This document shows positions 54,060 through 56,487 of a stretch of DNA of 56,487 bases, piece after piece. Each line of letters opens with the position of its first letter. Positions within the stretch are counted from its first letter, which is position 1. Both the position numbers and the translations under genes were made by a program. Below the pieces are notes generated by a model. It worked only from the letters and a program-made list of their open reading frames with translations. It had not been told where the DNA came from and made no database searches. The stretch is from an uncultured archaeon. Its GTDB lineage: Archaea; Aenigmatarchaeota; Aenigmatarchaeia; GW2011-AR5; JAHLMP01. The DNA lies in the NCBI GenBank assembly GCA_964608845.1, contig CAZSPP010000008.1, positions 1 through 56,487 on the forward strand, given 5' to 3'.

Positions 54060-54713
54060 TTAAAGTAAAGGTATTTCATTTACATTACGCTCTTCATCGA
54101 CTCCAAACATTCTATACCATTCATCGTCTTCAATCTTTACTCTAATAAAAACACATAACTTATTTCCACATTGGCCTATTCCAAATATTTCTGACTCTAA
54201 AACATTTTTTCCTTGATTATTAAGATAATTTAAAAGCACATCAAGTGCTTCACTTTCTGTTATATTCATTGGTCTTACTTCACAAGCATTTTTTGTTTTA
54301 TTGCATATCTCATAATCAAAAGGACAACCGCAATCTATACAGCAATTTTCATAAGATTCAAATATTTCACATACATTATTTCCACATATTGGTTTTACAC
54401 AAGTTTGTTTTTCTTCTGAGCAGTATTCACCTTCATTACATTTGCAATCCGGAGCACAATTGAAACAATTTTCTCCAATTTCACATATTCTGTTTCCGCA
54501 TAAAGCTTTACTTATTGTTTGATTTGTTTTTGTTTGTGTTGGCTTAGAGAAAATGAAAATTAAAGAAATAACGAGAATTATTATCCCTATGGCCAAAAAA
54601 ATTTTTTTATTATCTTTCTTTTCAAACCCTTCAAATTCAATTCTTTTGTATTCATCTTCTGGGCTATATTCATTTGGATAATATTGATTTTTCAGTCCAA
54701 AGAAAATCTTCAT
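54060..54713 (-). CDS. membrane-anchored Cys-rich protein with a PepSY-like C-terminal domain (paralog A)
   Basis: A TM, then two CGN..CE...EN..C..DC modules, then ITESEALDVLLNYL...MFGVDEERNVNEI. Confidence 0.6.
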   Translation of the reverse strand: MKIFFGLKNQYYPNEYSPEDEYKRIEFEGFEKKDNKKIFLAIGIIILVISLIFIFSKPTQTKTNQTISKALCGNRICEIGENCFNCAPDCKCNEGEYCSEEKQTCVKPICGNNVCEIFESYENCCIDCGCPFDYEICNKTKNACEVRPMNITESEALDVLLNYLNNQGKNVLESEIFGIGQCGNKLCVFIRVKIEDDEWYRMFGVDEERNVNEIPLL

Positions 54714-54799
54714 ATTATTTAATAGAGTTTTAGAATATAAAACATTTTAGGAGTAAAATTTAGTGTGTCGACTCTTTAGTTAGTTAATATTTGCTGCGA

Positions 54800-55435
54800 T
54801 CATATTGGAATTCCAAGAAGACGAACATTACCGTCAGCTGTTACAACAAAATACAATGTATCACGCCAATCTTTTTGAGTATGAGGATAAACATATACAA
54901 TCTTCGCTGGTTTGCCTTCATGTATAGTGTCATTTCCAACTACAATCTCATAACCAGAAATACCTTTTTCTTTTAGATAGTCTTCAACTAATTTTTTCGC
55001 AAGATCATCTGAAACTCCAGAAGACGGAATCTCGCATTTATGAGTTATTTTATTACATATTTCACCGCTTATTCTACATCCACAATCGTTACAACAATTT
55101 TCTGAATTTTCACCCGGTTCACATTTGTTGTTTCCACATATAGCTAATACACATTTTCTAGTTTCTGGTGAACAATAGTATCCTTCTTCACATTTACAGT
55201 CGAATGGACACTCGTAGCAATTTTCTCCAATATCACATCTTCTATTTCCACATTCAGGCTTTTCAAGTTTTTCTTTCGGTATCAATACAAAAAGAGATGT
55301 GATTAGAATAAATAAAACAACCGCACCTATTAAAACATACAAAAACCGCTTGCTTCTTTTAGAGTACTCAAGATCGGAATAATCTGAGTATTGGTTTGTT
55401 ATTTTTTCACTAACTGTTTCTGTTAGTTCTCGCAT
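54800..55435 (-). CDS. membrane-anchored Cys-rich protein with a PepSY-like C-terminal domain (paralog B)
   Basis: Cys spacing is identical to paralog A across about 73 aa. The C-terminus is DDLAKKLVEDYLKEKGISGYEIV...YFVVTADGNVRLLG. Confidence 0.6.
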   Translation of the reverse strand: MRELTETVSEKITNQYSDYSDLEYSKRSKRFLYVLIGAVVLFILITSLFVLIPKEKLEKPECGNRRCDIGENCYECPFDCKCEEGYYCSPETRKCVLAICGNNKCEPGENSENCCNDCGCRISGEICNKITHKCEIPSSGVSDDLAKKLVEDYLKEKGISGYEIVVGNDTIHEGKPAKIVYVYPHTQKDWRDTLYFVVTADGNVRLLGIPI

Positions 55436-55438
55436 ATT

Positions 55439-56487
55439 TTACCACATTTTTTTAATTTTTATGGTAGGATCGCCATAAAGGAGTGTTTGATGTGCTACTT
55501 TAAATACACATGCATCTGAATAACTGTTAAAATATTCTATCTTTTTCTCTTTAAATATATCACCTATTCTTTTTCCTACTTGGAATCCCTTAGAGATTCT
55601 TGTATATAAATTTCCTGTAAAGATTTCACCGCCAAAACGACACTCATCCACACCCTCAGAAGCTAATCCACTTCTTGATATAACACCACCGAGTTGCATT
55701 TCGGTTCCTCCAATATATACAGCTCCTCCTGATTTTAAAAAGACCATAAGAATAGATTCCGATGTTCTTTCAATATTATGAATTCTTCCGCCATAGCATG
55801 GCATTACCAACCAAAAAGGATTCTTTGTAATTGAAACGCTATTAGGAGTAAGCCATGGATCTTGGCCATAGCCATTCTCAGGAGAGAATTGTTGCGTCTC
55901 TATTCCACTCAATGATCGACAATATGGGGGAAAAGTTCTGCCTTCATTGCCATGAAGAAGACCCATCCAAAAAGATTTTCCTCTTATTGCATCATTATTT
56001 CTCTCCTCCGGATGGTAACAATCCTTAATAGACTTGCAAGGTGGGTTTGTTATTATCTCAAATATGTTGTTTGGACATGTTCCATGAACAGCACAGGCAT
56101 AACATTCTCCAGAAGTCCAGTATAAAAGTCCATACCAAGAAGGGCGTTCAAACATAGATATCTGTATCCGGTCAGATATGTCTATTCCACCTTCTTTGTG
56201 TAATTTTATAGCAGAATCTAATGAGTTCAATATAACATCAATATCTCCTTTATTAGGATCTGGTATTCTTCCTACTGGTATGTCAGGTAAACCATTTTTA
56301 GGTGTCTCGTAATCACCATACGGATCGTCAGTAAAAAGGTTTTTATCGCAGATGTTATAAATAAATGCAATGTCAGGGCATCCTGAATTGTCAATCACTG
56401 GTTGCACAAACCTATCATATCCACCTAAAATTATCAAGTATTTTACTTCCAATTTTTTAATTAATTGATCTAAAACTCCATCAATAT
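55439..56487 (-). CDS. C25 (gingipain)-like caspase-fold peptidase domain protein, N-terminus outside the window
   Basis: The frame is open to the window edge. YLIILGGYDRFVQPV...DDPYGDY...PDIPVGRIPDP is the C25 pattern, with candidate catalytic dyad LLHGNEG (His) and VMPCYGG (Cys). Confidence 0.5.
   Translation of the reverse strand, partial: IDGVLDQLIKKLEVKYLIILGGYDRFVQPVIDNSGCPDIAFIYNICDKNLFTDDPYGDYETPKNGLPDIPVGRIPDPNKGDIDVILNSLDSAIKLHKEGGIDISDRIQISMFERPSWYGLLYWTSGECYACAVHGTCPNNIFEIITNPPCKSIKDCYHPEERNNDAIRGKSFWMGLLHGNEGRTFPPYCRSLSGIETQQFSPENGYGQDPWLTPNSVSITKNPFWLVMPCYGGRIHNIERTSESILMVFLKSGGAVYIGGTEMQLGGVISRSGLASEGVDECRFGGEIFTGNLYTRISKGFQVGKRIGDIFKEKKIEYFNSYSDACVFKVAHQTLLYGDPTIKIKKMW

Noticed and set aside
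1-56487. CRISPR arrays, rRNA genes, RNase P RNA and SRP RNA.
   Set aside because: I saw no regularly spaced direct repeats. The only GC-rich islands in this AT-rich window are the three tRNAs and the att sites.

Overview
This is an AT-rich archaeal chromosome segment. Spot counts give roughly 27-32% GC. It is densely packed with information-processing genes: about 20 ribosomal proteins, aIF2-alpha, aIF6, ABCE1, TFB, a histone, Rpo7, a fused PriS-PriL primase, GINS, topoisomerase IA, Hel308, SMC/ScpA and RPP21. Fused, split and shortened core genes, scrambled ribosomal operons and intron-bearing tRNAs suggest a small-genome, DPANN-like archaeon; that lineage call is inference. Two accessory regions stand out. 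(1) Nt 8728-15235 is a ~6.5 kb element integrated into the 3' end of tRNA-Thr(GGU). It has a 17-bp direct repeat, inverted core sites just inside both ends, and a tyrosine recombinase. Its cargo is a stand-alone CDC48/VAT N-domain, a DUF457 hydrolase and three membrane proteins, two of which end in zinc ribbons. (2) Nt 47931-56487 holds eight co-directional surface genes. These are type-IV-pilin-like proteins (two fused to LamG domains), a 781-aa Ig-repeat adhesin, two paralogous Cys-rich proteins with PepSY-like C-terminal domains, and a C25 (gingipain)-like peptidase cut by the window edge. I consider this cluster the best candidate for an undescribed attachment system. Other notable items: all three tRNAs carry insertions (Thr and Gly at the same T-loop position), the primase ends in a classical C2H2 finger, ThyX is a tandem pseudo-dimer, AglB is split, SMC is half-length, and mvaD-mvaK2 is bacterial-type. 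All calls rest on motif recognition by eye; no searches or folding programs were run. No CRISPR array, rRNA or other large structured RNA was seen.
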